Below the pieces are notes generated by a model. It did not search any database and was not told where the DNA came from. It saw nothing but the letters and a program-made list of their open reading frames with translations. From Opitutia bacterium (GTDB lineage Bacteria; Verrucomicrobiota; Verrucomicrobiia; Opitutales; T3Sed10-336): 59,592 bases of DNA. Both the position numbers and the translations under genes were made by a program. Below are positions 1-9,803 of the stretch, one piece after another. The stretch is from NCBI GenBank assembly GCA_050506795.1, contig JBJHCF010000030.1:6145-65736 (forward strand), in the 5' to 3' direction. The first letter of the stretch is position 1; each line of letters begins with the position of its first letter.

Positions 1-153
1 GCGAAGCTCAAGGGCTTCAGGCCCGGCAAGGTGCCGCAGAAGGTCGTCCGTCAGCGTTTCGGCGGCCAAGTGCGCGAGGAGGTGCTGACGGACGTCGTTC
101 GCCAGACTTTCTCCCAGGCCATTCAGCAGGAAAATCTCACCCCGGCGGGGGGT
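1..153 (+). pseudogene. tig: Trigger factor N-terminal fragment, partial and abruptly ending (possible chimeric contig end)
   Basis: Frame 1 reads AKLKGFRPGKVPQKVVRQRFGGQVREEVL...QENLTPAGG and contains the GFRxGKVP ribosome-binding motif. Similarity stops near 153 and the frame stops at 252. Confidence 0.75.
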
Positions 154-167
154 GGGACGCGGCCCCC

Positions 168-284
168 ATGCAAAACCGGGGGGCGCCGCTTCTGGGCCGC
201 TGGCGTAACTGGTATTACTTCACCGCGGCCTCACTTGTATTCTACATCATAGCGCTGTCCCTTTTCAGTCGCTGGTTCTCATGA
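168..284 (+). CDS. Small single-TM membrane peptide (38 aa) coupled to the SSS transporter
   Basis: Manual translation MQNRGAPLLGRWRNWYYFTAASLVFYIIALSLFSRWFS*. Its TGA overlaps the ATG at 281 (ATGA). Below the ORF-track cutoff. Confidence 0.7.
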   Translation: MQNRGAPLLGRWRNWYYFTAASLVFYIIALSLFSRWFS

Positions 285-1999
285 CTGGGCTTGATTATGT
301 GGTCATGCTGGCGACGTTGCTGGGAATCGCCGCCTACGGAGCCTGGACCACACGAGGCAGTCGCAATCTCGAGTCCTACCTGCACGGAAGTCACGCGCTG
401 AAATGGGGGACCATCGGCCTCTCGGTCATGGCCACCCAGGCCAGCGCCATCACGTTCCTGTCCATGCCGGGCATGGGTTACGAGAACGGCATGGGATTCG
501 TGCAGAATTATTTTGGCATGCCCCTTGCGCTGATCATCGTGTGCGCGGTTTTCCTGCCGATTTACCGCCGCCTCAAAGTCTTCACCGCCTACGAGTATCT
601 GGAGAACCGATTCGACGGGAAAACACGCCTGCTCGGAGCGCTCCTTTTTCTCCTGCAGCGCGGTCTGGCGGCGGGCATCACGCTCTACGCGCCCGCCATC
701 ATCCTTTCCCTTACCCTGGGCTGGCCGTTCGATATCACCGTGGTTGCCTGCGGGCTGGTCGTCATTACCTACACGGTGACCGGCGGCACCCGCGCGGTCA
801 GTATTACCCAACGCCATCAAATGACCGTGATCCTCATCGGCATGGGGATCGCGTTCTACATTCTGATCGCCAAACTCCCTTCCGGAGTCGGGATGCTGGA
901 GGCCACGAGGCTGGCGGGGAGTCTGGGGAAACTGGAAACGGTGAGTTTTTCCCTGGAAATCAGCGAACGCTACACCATCTGGACCGGACTGCTGGGCGGA
1001 CTGTTTCTGAGCCTGTCCTACTTCGGAGCGGACCAGTCGCAGGTGCAGCGTTACCTCGGGGGGTCTTCGCTGACGGCCAGCCGTTTCGGCCTCTTGTTCA
1101 ACGCGGTGGTCAAGATTCCGATGCAGTTCCTCGTCCTCTTTCTCGGCGCGCTCCTGTTTGTCTTTTATCTTTTCGAAAAACCTCCGGTGTTTTTCAATCA
1201 ACCCGCTTGGGAGGACGCGAGGTCCGGAGAAATGGGTTCCGCCTTCGAAGACCTGGAGCGGCGTCACGAGGCGATCTTCGAAGCCAAGCGTTCCGCCGCG
1301 CTGGCATACGCCGACGCCACGGATTCCGCTTCGCGTTTGGCGGCGGCTGAAATCCTGGCGGCGCGGCACGGAGAAATGAACGCCCTGCGGGATGAGACCC
1401 GTCAAACGCTCCTCCTGGCCGACCCCGGAGCCGAAACCAAGGATTCGGATTTCATCTTCATCACCTTTGTAGTCAACCATCTCCCCACCGGACTGATCGG
1501 GCTGCTGCTGGCAGTGGTGTTATGCGCAGCCATGTCATCCACCGCCTCCGAGCTGAACGCCCTGGCCTCGACCACCACCATCGACTTCTACCAGAAGTTC
1601 CGGCGCGGTTCCCTCTCAGAGCACCACAAGGTCCGGGTTTCCAAGATCCTGACCGTGTTTTGGGGGTCGCTGGCCATCGCGTTCGCCATATTCGCCCGCC
1701 TGGCGGAAAACCTGATCGAGGCCATCAATATCCTCGGCTCGATCTTTTACGGTGTCATTCTGGGCATATTCCTGACCGCGTTCTTCCTGAAGTTCGTGCG
1801 CGGCACTCCCATTTTTCTGGCGACATTGATCGTGCAACCGTGCGTGGTGGTCATGTATTTCACCCTCGAAATCGGGTATCTCTGGTTCAACGCGATCGGC
1901 TGCCTCGCGGTGATGGCAGTGGCGATTCTCCTGCAACTTGCTCTTCCAAACGGTGATCAACCTGAGAACCGGTCCACCACCGCCTCTTCCAAAGAATGA
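281..1999 (+). CDS. Sodium:solute symporter (SSS family)
   Basis: 572 aa polytopic protein with SSS motifs (SVMATQASAITFLS, TAYEYLENRF, GADQSQVQRYL, AAMSSTASELNALA). Confidence 0.92.
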   Translation: MTGLDYVVMLATLLGIAAYGAWTTRGSRNLESYLHGSHALKWGTIGLSVMATQASAITFLSMPGMGYENGMGFVQNYFGMPLALIIVCAVFLPIYRRLKVFTAYEYLENRFDGKTRLLGALLFLLQRGLAAGITLYAPAIILSLTLGWPFDITVVACGLVVITYTVTGGTRAVSITQRHQMTVILIGMGIAFYILIAKLPSGVGMLEATRLAGSLGKLETVSFSLEISERYTIWTGLLGGLFLSLSYFGADQSQVQRYLGGSSLTASRFGLLFNAVVKIPMQFLVLFLGALLFVFYLFEKPPVFFNQPAWEDARSGEMGSAFEDLERRHEAIFEAKRSAALAYADATDSASRLAAAEILAARHGEMNALRDETRQTLLLADPGAETKDSDFIFITFVVNHLPTGLIGLLLAVVLCAAMSSTASELNALASTTTIDFYQKFRRGSLSEHHKVRVSKILTVFWGSLAIAFAIFARLAENLIEAINILGSIFYGVILGIFLTAFFLKFVRGTPIFLATLIVQPCVVVMYFTLEIGYLWFNAIGCLAVMAVAILLQLALPNGDQPENRSTTASSKE

Positions 2000-2820
2000 G
2001 TGTTTCCGAACCAGTGATCGCTTTCGGCCAGCAACCTTGCGGTTTTTTTCCGCGTCGCTATCTCGCCGCCAAGATACGGACCGCACTTCGGCTGCGCGCC
2101 GAGATCGGCGGGCGGGTAGTCTTCTTCTACCACGACAGCGATCATGATCCGCGGGAAACCTGTACGGTACTTCGCGAGCCGAAAAGCGGAAAAACGGTGC
2201 GACTGAATTTCCTGTTCACCAACAAAATCCAAAAAAAACACTCCCCGCTTTATAGCAAACAGATCGCCCCTGACTGGAAGAATAAAACCGAACGCCAGCT
2301 CCCCAAATATCTCGCTTCCCCCGCGCTGGAAGCATTCCGGAAAGCCGACGCCGCCAATCCCGCCGATTTCTGCCTTCAGATTTACCGGGCCATGGGTTTG
2401 CTGAACGAAGTCGAAGTCGTACGGTCAAGCGACCCCGAGGTCCGCCGCCGGGCAACGCGGGTGGAGGATTGCTTTGCCGACGTGCCCTACCAGGGCGAAA
2501 TCGTCCGGGCACGCATGGAGCCCGACGGACGCCTCCGCCTCCATCGGGGCGGCGAACACTTTATCGAACTCCCTCCCGCCGAGGTCGGACCGGAGCAAAT
2601 CAGTCCGGCGCGCGATACCCGTCTGCGTTGGATGCAGTCGATCCTGCACTGCACCCACTACATCGCCGGCGCCGGCGAACAGGCTTACCTGAACACCTAT
2701 GACACCCCTGAAATTCAATTTATCAACCGGGAAGAAATCGACCGCCCCGACGAGGCCCTCACCTATGAAAACACCGAACAGGAAAATTCTTACCTTCGGA
2801 GCCCATCCGGACGACATTGA
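1996..2820 (+). CDS. Short BshC-like protein (putative cysteine-adding enzyme homolog)
   Basis: GQQ, VFFYHDSDHD and YIAGAGEQAY resemble the BshC motifs GQQ, VFW..EDHD and Y.GGPGE.AY. Lies directly upstream of bshB1 and bshA. Only 274 aa. Confidence 0.6.
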   Translation: MSVSEPVIAFGQQPCGFFPRRYLAAKIRTALRLRAEIGGRVVFFYHDSDHDPRETCTVLREPKSGKTVRLNFLFTNKIQKKHSPLYSKQIAPDWKNKTERQLPKYLASPALEAFRKADAANPADFCLQIYRAMGLLNEVEVVRSSDPEVRRRATRVEDCFADVPYQGEIVRARMEPDGRLRLHRGGEHFIELPPAEVGPEQISPARDTRLRWMQSILHCTHYIAGAGEQAYLNTYDTPEIQFINREEIDRPDEALTYENTEQENSYLRSPSGRH

Positions 2821-3478
2821 GTTCGGCTGCGCCCCGGTACTGCTGGCCGAACGCGCACGTGGGGCGGAGCTGACCCTGGTGGTCTGCTCGCAGGGGGAAG
2901 CGGGCACCCGGGGAACTCCGGAGATTCGCCGGCGGGAGGCGGAAGCGGCGGCCGAACTGATGGAAGCCAGGCTTCGGTTTCTGGACCTTGACGGTGACGC
3001 CCGCCTGGCGCGAACCCCGGAAAATGCCCGCGTACTGGCCGCGGTGATACGCGAGGAAAAGCCGGCCGTCCTTTTCGCTCCGACTCCCACCGAAAATCAA
3101 CATCCCGATCATGCGGCCCTCGGAGCCATGGCGCGCGATGCCGCCCGGCTGGCGCGTTACGGAGGACTGGCGGACCTCCATAACCAGCCTCCACATGCAA
3201 TCGATCAGCTGTTTTTCTATTCGGTCACCAACAACGACCCTTTTCCCGCTGCCGGCGCGTTCCGATACGATGTCAGCGAACAACGCGAACTCTGGCGGCG
3301 GATCATGGAATGCCACGCCTCCCAGCTCGGCGGCAATCGGCGTTACATAGAGCTTCAGGAAACCCGCGCCCGTCTGCTCGGACTTGAGTCGGGGTGCGAG
3401 GCCGCGGTGCAACTCTACGCCAACGACCCGCTGCGGGTGAGCTCTCTGGAGCCGTTCCTGTCGGCCAGGCTTTTCTAA
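2765..3478 (+). CDS. bshB1: PIG-L family deacetylase, BshB1-like (GlcNAc-malate deacetylase)
   Basis: GAHPDDIEFGC, GEAGTRGTPEIRRREA and HPDH motifs, adjacent to bshA. ATG at 2765 chosen; it overlaps the upstream gene. Confidence 0.8.
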   Translation: MKTPNRKILTFGAHPDDIEFGCAPVLLAERARGAELTLVVCSQGEAGTRGTPEIRRREAEAAAELMEARLRFLDLDGDARLARTPENARVLAAVIREEKPAVLFAPTPTENQHPDHAALGAMARDAARLARYGGLADLHNQPPHAIDQLFFYSVTNNDPFPAAGAFRYDVSEQRELWRRIMECHASQLGGNRRYIELQETRARLLGLESGCEAAVQLYANDPLRVSSLEPFLSARLF

Positions 3479-3495
3479 CCGACCTCTTAATCATT

Positions 3496-4641
3496 GTGTC
3501 ATCTATTTCCAAATACAAGATCGCCATCACCTGTTATCCCACCGTGGGCGGGAGCGGGATCCTCGCGTCGGCTCTGGGTCACGACCTGGCCCGACGCGGC
3601 CATGAGGTCCACTTCATAAGTTACGAAAGTCCGTTCCGCCTGAACACGGACGACCCGAAAATTTTTTTTCATCCGGTGCGGGTGAACAGTTACAGCCTCT
3701 TCAAATACCCGGACTACACACTTCCCCTTTCGGTCAAGATGGCTGAGGTCGTGCAATCGTTTAACGTTCGTGTGCTGCATGTGCACTACGCCGTTCCGCA
3801 CGCCACCGCGGCGATCCTGGCACGCGCCATGTTGCCGCCTGAGATCCAGCCGGTCGTGGTCACCACCCTGCACGGCACCGACACCAACCTGATGGGCCGG
3901 GATCCCGCCTACCGTCCAGCCATCGGCCACGCACTTCGTCGAAGCGATGCCCTTACCGCCGTATCCAGCAGCTTGCGGCAACAGACTTTGGACACATTCG
4001 GCGAATGCGGAAATATCGAAGTCATACCCAATTTCTACGTCCCGGGAACCATCACCCGAGACCGAAAGTCGGTGCGCGCCGAACTGGGGGTTGAGGACGG
4101 CGAGTTCCTGCTGCTGCACATGTCGAACCTTCGTCCGGTAAAGCGCATCGATCTCCTGCTGCAGGCTTTCGCAGCCGCCAGACACCGGAACCGCATGCGG
4201 CTCGTCTTCCTTGCGGGCGACACCTTCGAAACCCACCGGGCCAAAGCGACGGAACTCGGCATACTCGACCGGATCATCGTGCGGGAAGATGTCCTGAACG
4301 TGGAGAACTACCTGGATGCGGCCGATGTCGGAGTCTACTCTTCCGAATCGGAAAGTTTTGGCCTCGGTATCCTGGAAACCATGGCTTGGGGCAAGCCGGT
4401 GGCCGCATTCGCCGTCGGCGGCATACCCGAAGTGGTGGAACACGGTAAATCGGGTTTTCTGCATCCCTTTGGCGACTGCCAGGCTCTGGCCTCGTCGCTG
4501 GACCGGCTTTACGAACACCCGGACGAGCGCGACCGAATGGGGGCCGCAGCGGCGCAAAGGGCTTGGGAGCAATTTTCCGCGGACGCCGTTACCCCGCTTT
4601 ACATCAAGCTCTACGAACGCATGCTCGAAGGTCGCGCCTGA
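3496..4641 (+). CDS. bshA: N-acetyl-alpha-D-glucosaminyl L-malate synthase (GT4)
   Basis: KIAITCYPTVGGSG, LHVHYAVPHA, TTLHGTD, HMSNLRPVKR and ESFGL signatures. GTG start at 3496 inferred. Confidence 0.9.
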   Translation: MSSISKYKIAITCYPTVGGSGILASALGHDLARRGHEVHFISYESPFRLNTDDPKIFFHPVRVNSYSLFKYPDYTLPLSVKMAEVVQSFNVRVLHVHYAVPHATAAILARAMLPPEIQPVVVTTLHGTDTNLMGRDPAYRPAIGHALRRSDALTAVSSSLRQQTLDTFGECGNIEVIPNFYVPGTITRDRKSVRAELGVEDGEFLLLHMSNLRPVKRIDLLLQAFAAARHRNRMRLVFLAGDTFETHRAKATELGILDRIIVREDVLNVENYLDAADVGVYSSESESFGLGILETMAWGKPVAAFAVGGIPEVVEHGKSGFLHPFGDCQALASSLDRLYEHPDERDRMGAAAAQRAWEQFSADAVTPLYIKLYERMLEGRA

Positions 4642-4665
4642 CCGGGGAAACCGCGACCTGTCGGG

Positions 4666-6390
4666 TTACTCAACCTCGTCGCGTGAATATCGCCAATCGA
4701 TCAGCTCGAACTGGAGGTATTCCCGGCCGTTGTAGAGGTTGCGGTAGATGCGAAAAACGAAATCCAGAGGCGTGTTCAAGGGAGGAAGCGCGTCGGCCTT
4801 CTTCCAGGCGACTCCGAAAAAACGTTGCCCGCGGCGATTCTCGATCTGGAAACGATAATGCAGATCCTGGAACACTCTGGGAGGCGTTCGCAATTCCGCC
4901 CGCCGCACCCCGAATAGCGGTTCGGGGTTGCCCTGTCCGAACGGGTGCAGCAGATCCAGTTCTTTGAGAAAGGGGTCGTCGATATCGTCGAGGTCCACCC
5001 ATGCGGTGATCTCGATCTCCGGCAGAGGAATCTCACCGGCGAAGAAATCGTGCACCGCCTGCGAGAAACGCTTCTGGAAACGAACCACGTTATCGCGCGG
5101 CAGCGTAACCCCCACCGCCAACGGGTGTCCGCCCCAATTGGCCAGGAGGTCATCACAGCGCTGCAGGACTTGAACCAGGTTGAGTCCGGGAATTCCACGC
5201 CCGGACCCCTTGGCCAGATCGCCTTCACGCCCCAGCACGATGGCAGGACGGTTGTATTTTCGCGAAATGCGACTGGCCACGATGCCGACCACCCCCGGAT
5301 GCCAATCGTCGTCGTAAAGGACCATCCCGGAAAAGCCGTCCTCCAGGCTCTCGATCCGCCGATCCGCCTCCGCCACAATGCGCCGCTCGATATCCTGGCG
5401 CTCACGATTGTAGGCATCGAGCCGATGGGCGGTTTTGAGACAGAACCCGAAATCGTCGCTCAAAAACATATGCACCGGCAGCGCCGCGTCGGCCAGGCGC
5501 CCGCAGGCGTTGATCCGGGGGCCGAGTCGGAAGGATATATCCACCGGGCGAATCGGATCGTCCTCCTTCAAACCGGCCACTTGGACAAGGGCCCGCAGAC
5601 CTTCACCGCGCGCATCGTTGAGCGCTTTCAACCCATGCCGGGCGAGAATCCGGTTTTCCTCCCGCAACGGCACCAGGTCCGCGATGGTACCCATGGCCAC
5701 CAAGTCGAGGTAATCCTTGATTTCGATCTCCCATCCCCTCGGGTCGCCGGCTTCCCGCAGGCACTTCAAAAGACCATGCACCAGCTTGAAGGCAAGTCCC
5801 ACCGCGCTGAGGTGGGTCCACGGGCGACCGTCACCATCCTCCAGATGGGGATTGACGATCAGGCAATCCTCGCAGATTCCTTCGCCGGCCCGGTGGTGGT
5901 CGACGATAATAACGTCCACGCCTTGCTCCCGCAGGGTCTTCACCTCCGCCTGTGAATTGGTGCCGCAATCAACCGCCAGCAGCAGCCCGGGGCGGCAATC
6001 GGCCACCACCCGTTCCACCGCCGCCGCACTGAGACCGTACCCCTCCTCCATACGGCGCGGGACAACAAACTCGGGCTGCAATCCCATGCGTCGAAAGGCG
6101 GAAACCAGGAGGGTTGTGCTGGTTACGCCGTCCACGTCGTAATCGCCGAATACCACCACGCGCTCCCCGGCATCCCGAGCCTGCAGAATCCTGTGCGCGG
6201 CCTCCTTGAGGTTGGGAAGTTCAAAGGGGTCACCCAGGTCCCGAAGCTTCGGAAACAGAAAAGTCCGCAGGTCGTCAATGTTTTCGATTTCCAGGCGCGC
6301 CAGTACCTCCGCCATAATCGCGCCAACCCCAAGCTCTTTCCTCAGGATCTCTTTCCGTTCCTCCTCCACGGGAACGTATTTCCAGAGCAT
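4666..6390 (-). CDS. recJ: ssDNA-specific exonuclease RecJ
   Basis: GDYDVDG, VDCG, DHH, GTIADLVPL, GPRINACGRL, GSGR and PFGQGNPEP motifs. Confidence 0.95.
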   Translation of the reverse strand: MLWKYVPVEEERKEILRKELGVGAIMAEVLARLEIENIDDLRTFLFPKLRDLGDPFELPNLKEAAHRILQARDAGERVVVFGDYDVDGVTSTTLLVSAFRRMGLQPEFVVPRRMEEGYGLSAAAVERVVADCRPGLLLAVDCGTNSQAEVKTLREQGVDVIIVDHHRAGEGICEDCLIVNPHLEDGDGRPWTHLSAVGLAFKLVHGLLKCLREAGDPRGWEIEIKDYLDLVAMGTIADLVPLREENRILARHGLKALNDARGEGLRALVQVAGLKEDDPIRPVDISFRLGPRINACGRLADAALPVHMFLSDDFGFCLKTAHRLDAYNRERQDIERRIVAEADRRIESLEDGFSGMVLYDDDWHPGVVGIVASRISRKYNRPAIVLGREGDLAKGSGRGIPGLNLVQVLQRCDDLLANWGGHPLAVGVTLPRDNVVRFQKRFSQAVHDFFAGEIPLPEIEITAWVDLDDIDDPFLKELDLLHPFGQGNPEPLFGVRRAELRTPPRVFQDLHYRFQIENRRGQRFFGVAWKKADALPPLNTPLDFVFRIYRNLYNGREYLQFELIDWRYSRDEVE

Positions 6391-6614
6391 GCTCTTGTCG
6401 GTCGATGCGGTCAAAGGCTAAAGGATTTTCTTGGAAAACAGATTACGTGAAGGATTACGATTCGGCTGTTCGGAATTTCCTCAACGCTCCATTCGTCGAA
6501 GCGCCCCACGGAATTCTTTTCCCTCCGATCAAATCCGGCGACGGAAACCAAGCGGGGGAATAACCAACGGCCAGGGATTTACGATACTTTCCCTTAGCGG
6601 ACTTCAAGGTCTTT

Positions 6615-6659
6615 GACAAATAAAAAGGTGAAATTAGACGGGACCTGAAGCGTCCCGCC
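6615..6659 (-). terminator. Possible intrinsic terminator after secDF
   Basis: Minus strand GGCGGGAC-gcttcag-GTCCCGTC hairpin followed by a T-rich run. Confidence 0.4.
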
Positions 6660-6695
6660 CAATCCAAACCATTCGTGCACAGGCCCCAGGCGACC

Positions 6696-9248
6696 TTACC
6701 GGGCGGCCTTGGTCGAGGATGACCACTCGTAGTTGGGCATGACGTCCTTACGTTCCTCCACGTGCCGTCGATCCCCCTTGTGCCACCAGAAGAAAACCGG
6801 ACTGGCGATAAAGATCGAGGAGAAGGTTCCGGTCAGAATCCCGACGATGAAAGTGAACGAGAAGTCGTTGATCACGCCGCCGCCGAAAATGTAGAGTGAC
6901 ATTGTCGCCAGGAGGGTGGTCACGCTGGTAATAATCGTTCGGGGCAGCACCCGGTTGATGGACTTGTTCACGATATCCTTCAGGGAGGAGTTCGGATCCA
7001 GGCCCAATTCCTCACGTATTCGGTCAAAAGCCACGATGGTATCGTTGATCGAATACCCCGCCACCATGAGAATAGCCGCCACCATGGGGGCGGAGAGCTG
7101 GCGACCGCTGAGGACGAAGATACCAATGACCATGAGAAGGTCGTGGACCACCGCCACCACCGCGCCCACGCCATACCCCATCTCAAAACGCAAAGCGACG
7201 TAGAGGAGAATCCCGATCAGGGCCACCGCGATACCGATAAGCGCATCCCGCTGGATCTCCGCGCCCACCGCGGGCCCGATGCGGTTCTCGCCGACAACCA
7301 CCAGACCGGCCTCGGGAAAGGCTTCCTCCAGAGCGGCGAAAACCTCAGTCGCGCGGTCGAACTCAGTCTGCAGGCGCAGCGTTTCGCGTTCCTCGCCGAT
7401 CATGCTCTGATACACCGGGAGAACCTCGCCGAGATTTTGCTGCGCTGCGATCTGCTCGATGTCCGAGGTTCCCAGACGCTCTTCAAACTGGATCAAGAGT
7501 TCGTCACCCCCGGCAAAATCAATGCCGTAAATGCGGTCGCCCTTGTAGAGGACCACGCCGATTCCCAGTGCCACGATCAGCCAGGAGGCCGCAAAGGCCG
7601 GCTTGCGGTACTTAAGGAAGTCGATCTTGGAGTCCTGCAGGACGGACAGCATCGACAACTTCTTGAGGAATCCGCTGTTGACCAGTAATTCCAGGAAAAA
7701 GCGGCTGATAATCAGCGCGCCGAACATCGAAGTGAACACCCCGATGGCGAGCGTGACCCCGAAACCTTTCACCGGCCCGGAGCCGAAATAAATCAGAATC
7801 CCGGCAGTAAGCAGAGTCGTGATATTGGCGTCCACGATGGCGGAAAGCGCCTTTTCATAACCGGTCGTCAGAGCGGTTTGCAGCTTCTTGCCCAATTTCA
7901 GCTCCTCGCGGATACGTTCGAAGATCAGAATGTTGGCGTCCACCGCGATCCCCATGGTCAAGACGATACCGGCGATGCCCGGCAGGGTGAGTGTGGCCCC
8001 CAGACTCGAAAGCACGCCCAGAATGATCACCAGGTTCAGGCTGAGAGTGATACAGGCCACCAACCCCGCGAACATGTAGTACACCAACATGAAAGCAATC
8101 ACCAGCGTGGCGCCGAGAAGGGCGGCGTTCATCCCCTGGCGAATGGAATCTTCCGCCAAAGTCGGCCCCACTTCGTACATCTGCTCGAGCTCCAGCGGCA
8201 GGTCGAGCGGGTTGTTCAGCACGTTGGCCAGTTCCTCGGCTTCGCGCTGGGTAAAGCGTCCGGTGATCGAGGCGCGGCCGCCCCGGATCTCCTCACGTAC
8301 GGTGGGCGCCGAATAAAGCTGTCCATCCAGGATGATCGCCAACTGCCCGATCCGTCCCGTTCGCCGGTTTTCCTCCGCGATGCGCCGGGTGATGTCGGCA
8401 AACCGCCGGGAGCCCTCGGAGGTGAACTCCAGAATGACTTCGTAACCGCCAGTCATTTCTCCCATGGAAACAAAGGCGTTGGCCACGTCCGCCCCGGTCA
8501 TTTCCGGAATGCGGTGAACGAAATGCGGAATCTCCTGCAGGCGTCCCTGCTCGTCGAAGCGCTCCAGGGTCAAAACCCGGTAGTTGGGAGGGTACTCGTC
8601 CTCCGGGGTGGTCCGGGGATCGAGGTCCCGGTGGACCAGGGCGAACTCAAGCAGTGCGGGACGCTGCAATTCGCCGGCGGCGTCCGGATTGTCGCGAGTG
8701 GTCAGTCCGGGGAGCTGGACTTCGATGCGGCTGGTGCCGATCGGCCGGATCACCGGCTCGGCCACCCCGAGACCATCCGCACGGCTGCGGATGATTTGAA
8801 TGGCCTGATTGAGCTGTTCCTCCCGACGCCAGGACTCCAATTCCTCATCCACGGCGGCGCGAAGGATGAACGCCACCCCGCCCCGCAAATCGAGGCCGGG
8901 CTGGAGCCTCGGCTGAGAGCGCCGCAGCAGCTCCGCCATCAGGACGTCGTTTCTCCGTTCCACGTTCACCAGGCTGCGCTCCAGCGGGATGTGCGGGAAA
9001 AAACGCGAAATGTCGGTGCCCTCCTCGGCCGCGATGCGCTTCATTGCCATGAAGACACTCGGTTCGTCCTGCCTGTCCACCCGCTCCTGGGCGCGCTCGA
9101 TCAGCTCCCGGAAATCCTCATGGTGTGCGGAGGCCTCGCGCTCGATGTATTCCTCGAACGGAGTATCGCGAAAGGGAATAAGGTTAACAACGGCCCATGC
9201 CACCACGAGAGAGGCGACAGCGAGCTTCCAGTACATATTGCCGGTCAT
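6696..9248 (-). CDS. secDF: Fused protein translocase subunit SecDF
   Basis: GLDLRGG, LTLPGIAG, AVDANILIFERIREE, GIDFAGG and GYSINDTIVAFDRIRE all in one 850-aa ORF. Confidence 0.95.
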   Translation of the reverse strand: MTGNMYWKLAVASLVVAWAVVNLIPFRDTPFEEYIEREASAHHEDFRELIERAQERVDRQDEPSVFMAMKRIAAEEGTDISRFFPHIPLERSLVNVERRNDVLMAELLRRSQPRLQPGLDLRGGVAFILRAAVDEELESWRREEQLNQAIQIIRSRADGLGVAEPVIRPIGTSRIEVQLPGLTTRDNPDAAGELQRPALLEFALVHRDLDPRTTPEDEYPPNYRVLTLERFDEQGRLQEIPHFVHRIPEMTGADVANAFVSMGEMTGGYEVILEFTSEGSRRFADITRRIAEENRRTGRIGQLAIILDGQLYSAPTVREEIRGGRASITGRFTQREAEELANVLNNPLDLPLELEQMYEVGPTLAEDSIRQGMNAALLGATLVIAFMLVYYMFAGLVACITLSLNLVIILGVLSSLGATLTLPGIAGIVLTMGIAVDANILIFERIREELKLGKKLQTALTTGYEKALSAIVDANITTLLTAGILIYFGSGPVKGFGVTLAIGVFTSMFGALIISRFFLELLVNSGFLKKLSMLSVLQDSKIDFLKYRKPAFAASWLIVALGIGVVLYKGDRIYGIDFAGGDELLIQFEERLGTSDIEQIAAQQNLGEVLPVYQSMIGEERETLRLQTEFDRATEVFAALEEAFPEAGLVVVGENRIGPAVGAEIQRDALIGIAVALIGILLYVALRFEMGYGVGAVVAVVHDLLMVIGIFVLSGRQLSAPMVAAILMVAGYSINDTIVAFDRIREELGLDPNSSLKDIVNKSINRVLPRTIITSVTTLLATMSLYIFGGGVINDFSFTFIVGILTGTFSSIFIASPVFFWWHKGDRRHVEERKDVMPNYEWSSSTKAAR

Positions 9249-9274
9249 AGAATAGAGAACAAACGGGGGGTTGC

Positions 9275-9610
9275 TCAGGAGGATTTCTTTTCCACACTTT
9301 GGATAAAACTCTTATTGACTTCCACCTTGGTGTTGTCGGCCACTTTCACTACAAAACGATCGTCCTTGACGTTCGTCACCACGCCGTAAAGACCGCCCGA
9401 AGTGAGGACTTCATCACCACTGGTCACCTGCGATATCATCTTCTGCAGGTCCTTCTGCCGCTTGCGATGGGGCGCCACGATGAGAAACCACATAGCCGCG
9501 AAGATCAGCCCCCATATCAAAATCACGGGTCCGATGCCCTGGCCGGCCCCGGGATCTCCCTGGGCCAGGTATTGAAAATTGTTCGCGAGTTCCGTAAACG
9601 TCGTATCCAT
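9275..9610 (-). CDS. yajC: Preprotein translocase subunit YajC
   Basis: One TM segment then GDEVLTSGGLYGVV, upstream of secDF. ATG at 9610. Confidence 0.92.
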   Translation of the reverse strand: MDTTFTELANNFQYLAQGDPGAGQGIGPVILIWGLIFAAMWFLIVAPHRKRQKDLQKMISQVTSGDEVLTSGGLYGVVTNVKDDRFVVKVADNTKVEVNKSFIQSVEKKSS

Positions 9611-9803
9611 TGCTTGGCAGCTTCCTTTCGAAGAATGCAAAGGGCAAACCAAACCGGAAGTAAATGGAAAACGCAAGTCGATTCCGCGGGCCCTGATTTT
9701 TTGATCTCGCCACCGTTCCGGGGATCTCTCAACAATCTCCGGTTTTCGCCCGAGCCGCGCATCACTTTCCCACTCCGCGGCCACGAACTCTCGATACCGT
9801 GAC

